NCBI GenBank assembly: GCA_965249555.1 | Contig: OZ252243.1 | Coordinates: 1,408,001 to 1,472,000 of the forward strand | From: Nitrosopumilus sp. | GTDB taxonomy: Archaea > Thermoproteota > Nitrososphaeria > Nitrososphaerales > Nitrosopumilaceae | Direction: 5' to 3' | Length of the DNA stretch: 64,000 nt | Shown here: piece by piece, positions 9,628-19,460 of the stretch | How the letters are laid out: every line of letters starts with the position of its first letter | Numbering within the stretch: position 1 is the stretch's first letter | Translations under genes and position numbers: made by a program | Notes under the pieces: model-generated | Told to the model about the DNA's origin: nothing | The model's input: only the letters and a program-made list of their open reading frames with translations | The model's database searches: none

Positions 9628-9788
9628 AAGAGTGAGTCTTGAATTTTGAAATAAATACGTTCCTAGCCAAAAAAAAATTTCAGATAGGAAAGAGATAATA
9701 AGGAAATTCAAGGCGGATCGAAATATCTCATGAACAAATCTGAGATTGATAAAATAATTTTTGGAGGTGCAATCCTCTGACTCAAGTT

Positions 9789-11378
9789 GTGGGTAATGCT
9801 GTAACTGACAAATTCTCATCACAATTAACCACATTTGGAATCAATCCTGCCAAAGTTCACAGAAATCTAGGCGTAGATGAAATGGTGAATCTTGCAGTTG
9901 AAAGAAATGAGGGTGTCGTAAATTCAACAGGCTCTCTTTCTGTCAATACTGGAAAATATACTGGCAGATCTCCTGATGACCGCTTTATTGTATATGATGA
10001 CAAAACTCGTGACACAATTGGTTGGGGCAAAATTAATCATCAATTTCCAAGTGATAAATTTGAAAAACTTTTTGAAAAAATGAAAAACTTTGTTGATAAC
10101 AAAGAACTTTTTGTTTTCGATGGTTTTGTAGGTTCTGACCCTGAAAACCGCCTTCCAATTAGAGTAATTAATGATCGTGTTTGGCAAAATCTATTTGGAA
10201 GAACCTTGTTTATTCGCCCTACAAACGAGGAGTTGGAAAATCATGAACCTGAGTTTACCATATTATGTATTAATGATTTTGAAGCAGTTCCAGAAATAGA
10301 TGGGACACGAACCGATGTATTAATCCTAGTTGATTTAACAAGAAAAATTGTTTTGATTGGAGGTACACAATATGCTGGAGAAATGAAAAAATCAATGTTT
10401 AGTATAATGAATTTCCTTTTGCCAGAACGTGGTGTTTTTCCAATGCATTGCTCTGCAAATATTGGAGAAAAAGGAGATACTACATTATTTTTTGGATTGT
10501 CTGGTACTGGTAAAACTACTCTTTCTGCAGATCCTAATAGAAAACTAATTGGTGATGATGAGCATGGATGGTCTGACAATGGTACATTTAATTTTGAAGG
10601 TGGATGCTATGCAAAATGTATCAATCTTAGTCAAGAAGCAGAACCTGAGATATGGAATGCAATCAAATCAGGTGCAGTTTTAGAAAATGTAGTGCTTGAT
10701 GATAATGTACCAAATTACAAAGATAACAGTTTAACTGAAAATACCCGTGTCGCATATCCTTTGGATTACATTCCAGGTGCAGTAACTCCTAGTGTTGGTG
10801 GGCATCCTGGAGTGATTGTATTTTTGACTGCTGACGCATTAGGAGTTTTACCTCCAGTTTCTAGATTAACAAAAGAAGGAGCTATGTACCATTTCATGTC
10901 AGGTTATACCAGTAAATTAGCTGGAACTGAAAGAGGAATCAAAGAGCCAAAATCTGTGTTTTCTGAGTGTTTTGGGGCTCCATTCATGCCTAGACCCGCA
11001 TCAGTTTATGCAAAACTACTTGGAGAAAAAATCAATCAGCACAATACTGCAGTTTATCTTGTAAACACTGGTTGGTCTGGTGGTCCTTATGGTATTGGAA
11101 AAAGAATTAAGATCAAATATAGTCGTATCATGATCACTGCTGCTATATCTGGTGCACTTGATAATGTAAAATATGTTCATGATGATTTATTCAATCTAGA
11201 TGTCCCAACTGAAGTAAATGATGTTCCTTCTGAAATTTTAGATCCGAAAAATACTTGGGTTGACAAAGATTCGTATGCTCTTTCTGCAAAAAATTTAGCT
11301 CAAATGTTTGTTGAAAACTTTAAGAAATTTGAAAATGTTTCATCAGATATAATTGATGCTGGCCCAAAACCTACTTGA
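9789..11378 (+). CDS. pckA: Phosphoenolpyruvate carboxykinase (ATP)
   Basis: TGRSPDD, YAGEMKK, GLSGTGKTTLS, LIGDDEHGW and NFEGGCYAK. Confidence 0.97.
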   Translation: MGNAVTDKFSSQLTTFGINPAKVHRNLGVDEMVNLAVERNEGVVNSTGSLSVNTGKYTGRSPDDRFIVYDDKTRDTIGWGKINHQFPSDKFEKLFEKMKNFVDNKELFVFDGFVGSDPENRLPIRVINDRVWQNLFGRTLFIRPTNEELENHEPEFTILCINDFEAVPEIDGTRTDVLILVDLTRKIVLIGGTQYAGEMKKSMFSIMNFLLPERGVFPMHCSANIGEKGDTTLFFGLSGTGKTTLSADPNRKLIGDDEHGWSDNGTFNFEGGCYAKCINLSQEAEPEIWNAIKSGAVLENVVLDDNVPNYKDNSLTENTRVAYPLDYIPGAVTPSVGGHPGVIVFLTADALGVLPPVSRLTKEGAMYHFMSGYTSKLAGTERGIKEPKSVFSECFGAPFMPRPASVYAKLLGEKINQHNTAVYLVNTGWSGGPYGIGKRIKIKYSRIMITAAISGALDNVKYVHDDLFNLDVPTEVNDVPSEILDPKNTWVDKDSYALSAKNLAQMFVENFKKFENVSSDIIDAGPKPT

Positions 11379-11382
11379 TAGA

Positions 11383-13407
11383 TTATCTTCTGTTAACTAG
11401 TCCAATAATTCCTATTATTATTGCAATTCCTGCAATTATTACAATTGGCTTTTCTGGAATATCAATAATTTCTGATCTGTAAGAATTTTCTGGAAGTGAA
11501 CTAATTTCAATTGTGTTAAATGCAGATGATGTGTTTCCTTCAACTCTAATTTTAGCATCAACCCAATATTCTGAATTTTCATAGATTTCTATTGACGCCT
11601 TTCTGTCTGGTGTCATAGTTGTAGTGTCTATTTTTCCATCTTTACTATTTGTGACTGAAATTTTTGCAAAACTCCATTCTTCTGGATGATAAATATCAAA
11701 GAAAAGTTTTTGATCTTGTTGATTTACAGAGATTGAACCTGGTGTATAATGTAGTACAAATGGAATCACATATCGAGTGTTATCATGATTGATGATTATC
11801 TTTCCTTCATAATCTCCAAAATTTTCTTGAGTCATATTCATTTTAATTTGCAAACTATTACCTTCAAGTACGTATGAAAATTTTATTAATTCAGATCCTT
11901 CAAATTTAACATCAAAATCATCAAATGTGCCCTCTATCAATTTTAATCCAAATTGTTTTTCAGCAATTCGATTGTCTGATGATACATTTACTACAAAATT
12001 TGGTGGTATGATAATTAATTTTGCATCATAAGCATTTCCTATATCTAATCTTCCCGCACCTGCTTCGTGTAGTGAGAATTCTTGTCCATAGGCATCTGAA
12101 ACAGGCTCAACTGTAGTTAGCAATAGGGATTTTATTTCATGATGATGAAGTTCTGGGTTTTTCTGAAGTAATAGTGCTGCTGCTCCAGAAACATGTGGTG
12201 CTGCATAGCTTGTCCCACTAGTGAAATTGTATCCTCCATTGTTTTGCGTGGAATTGATGTATGCGCCAGGTGCTACAATGTCTGGTTTTATGTAAAATGG
12301 TGATACTGGTCCTCTAGAACTAAAATGTGCTACAAAATCTGGATTGTAAAATAAATGCATATTTGCTTCACCACCATTTTTTATAGATTCTATAATTTCA
12401 AGTCCTTCTTCTCTGTCAATGGATACAACTGGAATTTGTGGTTTGTATCCTGGTTTTATAAATTCATGAATCAATTCACCCAAAAAAACTCCTGCTCTAT
12501 TATTGTATACAATCAGAGCTTTTGCTCCTGCATTTGCAGCATTACTTTCCTTAATGGAAAAATACAATAATTCTCCTTCTGCATCACTCCCTCTTTCAAC
12601 AATTAGTATTGCATCTTTCACATCAATTTCTTTCAAATTTTCAATTTTTCCAAATCCTCCAAAAATTATTTTTCCTATGATTGGTTCTTCTAGTTTTGTA
12701 GAACCTACCATTGGAATTACAGTATATGGTTTTTCATCTACTTCTAATGTTGCAACCAAACTTGAAGTGAGATTGTTATATGTTGCACCTACTGTAATAG
12801 ATCCAAAATTTCTACCTGGACTACCAATTGTTTTGAACCCCGGACCATCATTTCCAGCAGCAGTTACTACAAAAATTTCTTTCTCTAATGCGTTATTTAC
12901 TGCACGTTCAATCTTTGCATTTGTTTTGTTTACTCCTAAACTAATATTGATAATATCTGCACCATCCTCAATTGCTCTTTCAATGGCTCTAGTGATTAAT
13001 TCTGATGATACTCCTTCTCCATCTTCTGAAACTTTGTAAGCAAGAATTTTTGCTTTAGGTGCTATTCCGAATACTTGGCCATCAGCTGCAATTACTCCTG
13101 CAACCTGCGTACCATGCCCATTTGTATCCAAAGGTGGTTGGTTTTCTTGTATGAAATTGTATCCTCCTATTACTTTTCCATCAGGACCCCATCCAAATAA
13201 GTCTGGATGATTAAAGTCTACTCCAGTATCAATTACTGCTACTTTAATTCCTGTCCCATCAATTCCATCAATTCTTGGAATTTCTGTTCCGACATATGGG
13301 ACACTTCTATCCAAGTATGTTTGAATTTCATTTTCAGATTGTAGAGATTGAGATAAAATAAAACCCACTAAAAATACTATCATCATAGAAAAAACTAAGA
13401 ATTTCAC
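11383..13407 (-). CDS. Membrane-anchored subtilisin-like S8 serine protease with PA domain
   Basis: Catalytic triad VIDTGV / HGTQVAG / GTSYAAPHVSG, N-terminal signal peptide and C-terminal TM helix. Start likely GTG 13407 (track 13554). Confidence 0.92.
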   Translation of the reverse strand: MKFLVFSMMIVFLVGFILSQSLQSENEIQTYLDRSVPYVGTEIPRIDGIDGTGIKVAVIDTGVDFNHPDLFGWGPDGKVIGGYNFIQENQPPLDTNGHGTQVAGVIAADGQVFGIAPKAKILAYKVSEDGEGVSSELITRAIERAIEDGADIINISLGVNKTNAKIERAVNNALEKEIFVVTAAGNDGPGFKTIGSPGRNFGSITVGATYNNLTSSLVATLEVDEKPYTVIPMVGSTKLEEPIIGKIIFGGFGKIENLKEIDVKDAILIVERGSDAEGELLYFSIKESNAANAGAKALIVYNNRAGVFLGELIHEFIKPGYKPQIPVVSIDREEGLEIIESIKNGGEANMHLFYNPDFVAHFSSRGPVSPFYIKPDIVAPGAYINSTQNNGGYNFTSGTSYAAPHVSGAAALLLQKNPELHHHEIKSLLLTTVEPVSDAYGQEFSLHEAGAGRLDIGNAYDAKLIIIPPNFVVNVSSDNRIAEKQFGLKLIEGTFDDFDVKFEGSELIKFSYVLEGNSLQIKMNMTQENFGDYEGKIIINHDNTRYVIPFVLHYTPGSISVNQQDQKLFFDIYHPEEWSFAKISVTNSKDGKIDTTTMTPDRKASIEIYENSEYWVDAKIRVEGNTSSAFNTIEISSLPENSYRSEIIDIPEKPIVIIAGIAIIIGIIGLVNRR

Positions 13408-13581
13408 AAATTTTCTAACTATTTTTACAAGTAAAAATGAATTGCTTACTAAATCAATAAATTGAATAAATTTCCCAAAGAACTCATGGGAAAATACACC
13501 TATAGTTGTTGAAGGCTTTGTTATTTTCTTACCACATTTGCTTATAAAAAACATGAAAAAATTATAATTAAGAAATCACCA

Positions 13582-14658
13582 TCAAGACCATCCCGTTTTT
13601 TCTTTAGATTCAAGTTTCTCTCTTAATTCTGAATTTTCTTTTTTCAACTCTTCAATTCTTGGATCATTTACTTGAATGATTTTTGATCCAATAAGATATT
13701 CTAATGCCTCAATAAATTCCGAATCAGTTATTTTGTCTTCTGCCCAGAATCCAGCTATTCCCTTGATCCATGTGGGTATTGACTCTGTCTGAGTATGTAA
13801 CGCTAATATCTTTGTAGAAGATAACGGTGTTTCATTTTCTATTATACACCATTCTGTTTTAGGATCATAAGTGCTTCCTCTCCCACACCCTGTATTCTCA
13901 GAAGCCTCAAAGTCTTGTAATATGTCTATATTCTCAAAAGTTACAACATAAGTTCCAATAATTTCAATATCTGAATCCCCTTCTTCAAAATTAATTGTTA
14001 TCACTCTAGACTTTTGGTGTACTGGAGATTCTTTATAGGCAACTTCTATTCCATCTATCAGAATAATAAAAGCAACATCTTTACCATCCTGTTTCTCAGC
14101 TCCTATGAACTCTCTAGGCAAATCTAATGTGATGGTTCCCTCGTCTGTTGCATCAATTTGTACTATTATTGCAAAAGTATCTGAATCTACTATCATATCC
14201 TTAACTGTACCTCCTTTGATGGTATACTCTACATCAAATGTTCCAAAACTCCCTGTATCTACGTCAAAATTACTTGTGGTTTCAATTGACTCTGATTCAG
14301 GAGTATAATTAAATGCAGTTTCTATTATTTCATCTTGATAGGATGCTCTGACTATGTATTCTCCACCGGTTTTCCATAATGCGCCTTCTGCAAGAACTGT
14401 TTCTGTGAAGCTGCCATCTTGTGCTACTTGTAATTGTGTAATATGTACGTATGCTGCATCATGAATAATTTGTATTCGTACTGGGGTTTTACCAATTACT
14501 GTATCTACACTACCTGATATTACAATAGTATCACCTTCATCATAATGATTGTCATCTGTTTGAACAGAAATAAGAGATTCTTGTGCAAAAGATTGAGATA
14601 TTCCTAAAGAGAAAATTATTGTTAATGCTAATAATGGGAAGAATGATTTTTTAATCAA
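13582..14658 (-). CDS. Secreted thaumarchaeal surface protein (PEFG-CTERM-type domains plus C-terminal IPxWIK module)
   Basis: Signal peptide; ITLDLPREFIGA...FIILIDGIEV...IEIIGT domain; IPTWIKGIAGFWAEDKITDSEF module. Confidence 0.8.
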   Translation of the reverse strand: MIKKSFFPLLALTIIFSLGISQSFAQESLISVQTDDNHYDEGDTIVISGSVDTVIGKTPVRIQIIHDAAYVHITQLQVAQDGSFTETVLAEGALWKTGGEYIVRASYQDEIIETAFNYTPESESIETTSNFDVDTGSFGTFDVEYTIKGGTVKDMIVDSDTFAIIVQIDATDEGTITLDLPREFIGAEKQDGKDVAFIILIDGIEVAYKESPVHQKSRVITINFEEGDSDIEIIGTYVVTFENIDILQDFEASENTGCGRGSTYDPKTEWCIIENETPLSSTKILALHTQTESIPTWIKGIAGFWAEDKITDSEFIEALEYLIGSKIIQVNDPRIEELKKENSELREKLESKEKTGWS

Positions 14659-14727
14659 TTTGTATTTTATTATGTTCTATCTCATCTCCTTTTTCCAATA
14701 TTCCATCTGTATTACAGCATATCAAAC

Positions 14728-14991
14728 CTAGTTTTGTATGTATTCATTTATTCTAATTGTGTTTTGATTCTCATTGTACAAAACTAGGGTAGATCCTGAT
14801 TCAATATAACATGTGTTTGATTTTGTATGCCATATTTCTTCGTATTCCTCATATGTATAATAATAACCATCATAAGTATTCATAAAATAAGCTTTTACAT
14901 TTACAAATTCTTCTGCATCTATTCTTGTGTTGTCATTATATCTAGTTGGTAATTTGAAATGCAGTTTTACTTTAGGAATTAATTTTGACAA
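14728..14991 (-). pseudogene. Small protein, probably 3'-truncated or chimeric (LPTRYND motif)
   Basis: First ~43 aa look like a real protein (LPTRYNDNTRIDAEEF...TYDG), then an abrupt change; starts 8 bp after the upstream ORF. Confidence 0.4.
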
Positions 14992-14999
14992 TTTAATAT

Positions 15000-15188
15000 T
15001 TAGATTTTTGTATATGGTATATTCTTTTTTGTTAATTGACTACATTGTTTATTTGATATTAAATAATCCGTTTTTGAAATCGCTGAAAACCTTTGACCAG
15101 ATTTCATTAGTAAACTAACCATTGCAATCTCATGTTCTTCTTTAACTCTAATTTCTCTGTATGTGAATGGATTTTCTTTTTGTACCAT
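15000..15188 (-). CDS. Small hypothetical protein
   Basis: MVQKENPFTYREIRV...KKNIPYTKI; TTATAAAA lies ~20 bp upstream on the minus strand. Confidence 0.6.
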   Translation of the reverse strand: MVQKENPFTYREIRVKEEHEIAMVSLLMKSGQRFSAISKTDYLISNKQCSQLTKKNIPYTKI

Positions 15189-15382
15189 GATTTTAAAACA
15201 AACCATGTTTTATAAGAACTCTTTTTGATCGGGTGTTAATTCATGCTAGATTTTAGGCTTGTGGATTTTATTTTTTAGATGTGAAATATTAGTAGAGTTT
15301 TTTACAGCTAAACCAAAAACAGGTAATAACGTTACAGTGCCAATGGGAAGTAAATAATAAGGGTAACAAATAGTAGGCTCTT

Positions 15383-16003
15383 ATGGGAAAATACACACTT
15401 CCTGAAATGCCATATGCTTATGATGCATTAGAACCTCACATTGATGCAAAAACAATGGAGATTCATCATACAAAACATCATCAAGCATACACTGACAAAT
15501 TAAATGCGGCTCTTGAAACATGTCCAGCTGAGATTCAAGAAAAAGATATTCTTGACATTTTGTCTGATATTAACTCAGTCCCAGAAGACAAAAGAGGTGC
15601 AATTAATTTCAATGGTGGTGGTTATGATAACCATAGGCTATTTTGGAATAACATGAAAGCAAATGGAGGCGGAGAACCTGGAGGATCTATTGCTGATGCA
15701 ATTAACAATTCTTTTGGAAGCTTCTCTGACTTTAAAGAGAAATTTTCATCCACTACAGCAGTAATTCAAGGCAGTGGTTGGGGATGGTTAGTATACAATC
15801 CTTCTTCAAGTAAGGTTGAGTACAAATCAATGCCAAACCAGACTAGTCCAAGAACTGAAGGACTAGTACCATTGTTAGGCTGTGATGTTTGGGAACATGC
15901 ATACTATCTCAACTATCAAAACAAAAGACCAGTATACATCGAAGCATGGTGGAATGTAGTTAACTGGGATGAAGTCGAAGATAGATTCTCAAAAGCAAAA
16001 TAA
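15383..16003 (+). CDS. sod: Fe/Mn superoxide dismutase
   Basis: HHTKHHQAY, NHRLFW and DVWEHAYY. Confidence 0.97.
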   Translation: MGKYTLPEMPYAYDALEPHIDAKTMEIHHTKHHQAYTDKLNAALETCPAEIQEKDILDILSDINSVPEDKRGAINFNGGGYDNHRLFWNNMKANGGGEPGGSIADAINNSFGSFSDFKEKFSSTTAVIQGSGWGWLVYNPSSSKVEYKSMPNQTSPRTEGLVPLLGCDVWEHAYYLNYQNKRPVYIEAWWNVVNWDEVEDRFSKAK

Positions 16004-16089
16004 AGTTCTAATCTTTATTTTTTTTATTTCAATACCCTTAATTCTATCTGTGAATGAATTTATAACCATCTGAGAATGGTTTGTTGTAA

Positions 16090-16515
16090 ATGAGTGAAGA
16101 ACAGGCACAGCAGTTAATGCAGCAAATGCAAATGCTTGAAACATATTTTTCTGATTTATCTCAAAGAGAAGGAACCTTTCTAAGTGTTTTAAGAGAGGCA
16201 ACTGCTGCAATTGAATCCATAAAATCTCTTAGTCAAAAACCTGAATCAGAAACTCTTGTTCCAATTGGAATCGGAACATATGTTCCTACAAAAATTTCAT
16301 CCACTAGCAAAATTGTTTTGAGTATCGGTGCAGGAGTTGCCGTGGAAAAAGATTTTCCTTCAGCTATAAACTATCTTGAGGCACATATTAAAGAAATTGA
16401 GGTTGCTTTACAAGATAACGCTGCAAAAAAACAAGATGCAGCAGCACGATTAGAACAAGGAAGAGAACAAATTAATCAATTAATGCAATCTGTGTCACAA
16501 CCAAAATCAGGATAA
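16090..16515 (+). CDS. pfdA: Prefoldin alpha subunit
   Basis: Coiled coils flanking LVPIGIGTYV...IGAGVAVEK hairpins; upstream of ftsY. Confidence 0.93.
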   Translation: MSEEQAQQLMQQMQMLETYFSDLSQREGTFLSVLREATAAIESIKSLSQKPESETLVPIGIGTYVPTKISSTSKIVLSIGAGVAVEKDFPSAINYLEAHIKEIEVALQDNAAKKQDAAARLEQGREQINQLMQSVSQPKSG

Positions 16516-16519
16516 AAAT

Positions 16520-17971
16520 ATGTTTGATAAACTTCGTGATGCATTTTCGAATGCAGCGAAAAGTCTTGGTGAAAAGGAACTTAAAGAAAAAGATATTGAA
16601 GACATTCTTTTTGAATTAGAAATCTCTCTTTTAGAATCTGATGTAGCAAGTGAAGTAATTGATGAAATCAAATCTGATTTAAAAGAAAAATTAATTGGTT
16701 CAAAAATTGACAAACATCAAATTGAAAAATTTGTTAAAGATAGTTTAATTTCAAGCATTTCTGCATTATTTGACGCTGCAGAAAAAATTAATTTATTTGA
16801 AAAAATTAACGAAAAAAAGAAACAAGAACAACCTTTTTTGATTTTATTTGTTGGAATTAATGGAACTGGAAAAACTACCTCTTTAGCTAAAATTGCATAT
16901 ATGCTACAACAAGCAAAATATTCTATTGTTGTTGCAGCAGCAGATACTTTTAGAGCTGGTGCAATTGAACAATTACGAGAACATACTAATCGTCTTAATC
17001 TAAAACTTGTTGCACAGAATTATAATTCGGATCCTGCAGCCGTTGCTAGAGATGCTGTATTGTATGCCAAATCCCACAAAACAGATTGTGTGTTAATTGA
17101 TACTGCAGGAAGAATGCAAACAAACAAAAACTTGATGGAACAAATTGAGAAAATTAACAAAGTTGTAAATCCTGATATGACAATTTTTGTAGGTGATTCT
17201 TTAGCTGGAAATGATACTGTTAACCAAGCACGAGAATTCTTTGAACGTGTAAAATTCGATGCTTCTATTTTGACAAAAAGTGATGCAGATGCAAAAGGTG
17301 GTGCCGCTTTGTCAATTGTGAAAGTCACTTCTACTCCAGTTCTTTATGTTGGAACTGGACAAGAATATTCTGATCTAAAACCATTTGATAAAGAAACTTT
17401 TCTAGAAACAGTTTTTGGTTCATTAGGTGATGTTGATGTAAAGAAAATAGATGAACCAGACCCAACACCAGACCCAACACCAGACCCAACACCAGACCCA
17501 ACACCAGACCCAACACCAGACCCAACACCAGACCCAACACCAGACCCAACACCAGACCCAACACCAGACCCAACACCAGACCCAACACCAGACCCAACAC
17601 CAGACCCAACACCAGACCCAACACCAGACCCAACACCAGACCCAACACCAGACCCAACACCAGACCCAACACCAGACCCAACACCAGACCCAACACCAGA
17701 CCCAACACCAGACCCAACACCAGACCCAACACCAGACCCAACACCAGACCCAACACCAGACCCAACACCAGACCCAACACCAGACCCAACACCAGACCCA
17801 ACACCAGAATCCTCTTCTGATGATCCGTTTGAAGGAATTAGTGATAATGACATTGCAACTTATTCAGATCTATTTGATGTCCCTCCACCTGAAAACGATA
17901 ACGAAGCTAACAAACTAGCAAATAAGATTCATGAGTGGATTAAACGTGGTAGACTTGAGTCTAGTGAATAA
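16520..17971 (+). CDS. ftsY: Signal recognition particle receptor FtsY with Pro-rich C-terminal extension
   Basis: GINGTGKTT, DTFRAGA, DTAGR, TKSD and AKGG GTPase motifs. Confidence 0.96.
   Translation: MFDKLRDAFSNAAKSLGEKELKEKDIEDILFELEISLLESDVASEVIDEIKSDLKEKLIGSKIDKHQIEKFVKDSLISSISALFDAAEKINLFEKINEKKKQEQPFLILFVGINGTGKTTSLAKIAYMLQQAKYSIVVAAADTFRAGAIEQLREHTNRLNLKLVAQNYNSDPAAVARDAVLYAKSHKTDCVLIDTAGRMQTNKNLMEQIEKINKVVNPDMTIFVGDSLAGNDTVNQAREFFERVKFDASILTKSDADAKGGAALSIVKVTSTPVLYVGTGQEYSDLKPFDKETFLETVFGSLGDVDVKKIDEPDPTPDPTPDPTPDPTPDPTPDPTPDPTPDPTPDPTPDPTPDPTPDPTPDPTPDPTPDPTPDPTPDPTPDPTPDPTPDPTPDPTPDPTPDPTPDPTPDPTPDPTPDPTPDPTPDPTPESSSDDPFEGISDNDIATYSDLFDVPPPENDNEANKLANKIHEWIKRGRLESSE
17456..17803. 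repeat. Perfect 12-bp tandem repeat CCAGACCCAACA x29 (PDPT)
   Basis: 348 bp = 29 identical units, in frame within ftsY. Confidence 0.97.
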
Positions 17972-18024
17972 AAAGTTGAAGAAGAAAAACCTAAAAAGAA
18001 ACAAGGTATGTCTGGATTTGGGAA

Positions 18025-18939
18025 ATGAAACTCAAAACAAAAGATTTACTCACTTTAGCGGAATTAACCCCAAAGGAATTTGTGGAATTAATCGATTATT
18101 CAATTAAACTAAAAAAAGAACTCAAAAAAGGTGGAAACAAACCTATTTTGAAAAATAAAACATTGACAATGATTTTTCAAAAACCGTCTACTAGGACACG
18201 TGTAAGTTTTGAAATTGGAATGTATCAATTGGGTGGCTATGCAATTAATTTATCATCAAATGACATGCAGTTATCCCGTGGTGAATCTATTGAGGATACT
18301 GCAAAAACTCTCTCACGATATACTGATTGTATAATGGCGCGTGTCTATGAACATGAATTATTAGATAAACTGTCTGAACATGCAACTGTACCTGTAATAA
18401 ATGGCTTATCTGATTCTTTTCATCCTTGTCAAACTTTGGCAGATTTTATGACTATTAAAGAGAAGAAGAAAAAACTCAAAGGATTAAAGATTGCTTGGAT
18501 AGGGGATGGAAATAATGTTTGTAATTCTATGATTTATGGTGCTGCATTATCTGGAATTGACATATCAATTGCAACTCCTAAAGGACATGAACCTGACAAA
18601 ACTGTTGTTAAAGAATCAAAGAAATCAACTAACATTGAATTAACTACAGATCCATTCATTGCAACTAAAAATGCTGATGTAGTTGTTACTGATACCTTTT
18701 CATCTATTCATAACAGTAATCTAAAAAGAATTAAAAAATTTCTTCCCAAATATCAAATTAATTCCAAGTTAATGAAAACTGCAAAGAAAAATGCGATCTT
18801 TATGCATTGTCTTCCTGCTAAAAGAGAACAAGAAGTAACATCATCCGTAATTGATGGTTATCAATCAGTTGTTTGGGATGAGGCAGAAAATCGTCTTCAT
18901 ACTCAAAAGGCATTACTTGCTGCTCTTATTCACGCTTAA
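18025..18939 (+). CDS. argF: Ornithine carbamoyltransferase
   Basis: STRTR, HPCQ and FMHCLP motifs. Confidence 0.96.
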   Translation: MKLKTKDLLTLAELTPKEFVELIDYSIKLKKELKKGGNKPILKNKTLTMIFQKPSTRTRVSFEIGMYQLGGYAINLSSNDMQLSRGESIEDTAKTLSRYTDCIMARVYEHELLDKLSEHATVPVINGLSDSFHPCQTLADFMTIKEKKKKLKGLKIAWIGDGNNVCNSMIYGAALSGIDISIATPKGHEPDKTVVKESKKSTNIELTTDPFIATKNADVVVTDTFSSIHNSNLKRIKKFLPKYQINSKLMKTAKKNAIFMHCLPAKREQEVTSSVIDGYQSVVWDEAENRLHTQKALLAALIHA

Positions 18940-18975
18940 CGTATATAAGAGAAGATTCAAACTCGGTTTCTATAG

Positions 18976-19458
18976 ATGGCCTATTCAAAAATATTGAGAA
19001 GACTTAGAGAAGAAAAGACCAATTATAAAAAACGTGGAACCATGTTGATGGGTAAACGTGATTTTATCACTGTAAATATTTCTAATGAAAATACCCAAGT
19101 CCAAATTCTTACGCCTGGTATGACTGGTGATAAGGTTGTTGCATCTGCACATTCTAGATATTTAATTGAAAAAGGATGGAAAGGATCTAGAAAGAGTGTA
19201 CCGGCAGCATATCTTACAGGATACTTGGCAGGCAAGAAAGCACTTGGTAAAGGTGCAAGTGATGCTATTCTTTATACCGGAACTAAAAGATACACGCAAA
19301 GAATGGCAGCAGCTCTGAAAGGAGTTATTGATGCTGGTCTTAAAGTCCCAGCTGACCAAGAAACATTTCCATCTGATGATAGAATAAATGGAGATCATCT
19401 TACTGTTAAAAATGATATTTCAAAAATGAAATCAACTATTGATAGTGAGGTTAAATAG
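18976..19458 (+). CDS. rpl18: 50S ribosomal protein L18
   Basis: REEKTNYKKR and AAYLTGYLAG; operon position. Confidence 0.95.
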   Translation: MAYSKILRRLREEKTNYKKRGTMLMGKRDFITVNISNENTQVQILTPGMTGDKVVASAHSRYLIEKGWKGSRKSVPAAYLTGYLAGKKALGKGASDAILYTGTKRYTQRMAAALKGVIDAGLKVPADQETFPSDDRINGDHLTVKNDISKMKSTIDSEVK

Positions 19459-19460
19459 AA

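Noticed and set aside
9628-9834. 68-aa N-terminal extension of L32e
   Set aside because: Spans the divergent promoter region and the pckA start; not L32e-like.
17331-17918. Long ORFs (VLGL)n, (GVGS)n and (QTQH)n, and the array as a possible CRISPR
   Set aside because: These are alternative frames of the stop-free 12-bp repeat inside ftsY. There are no spacers and no cas genes.
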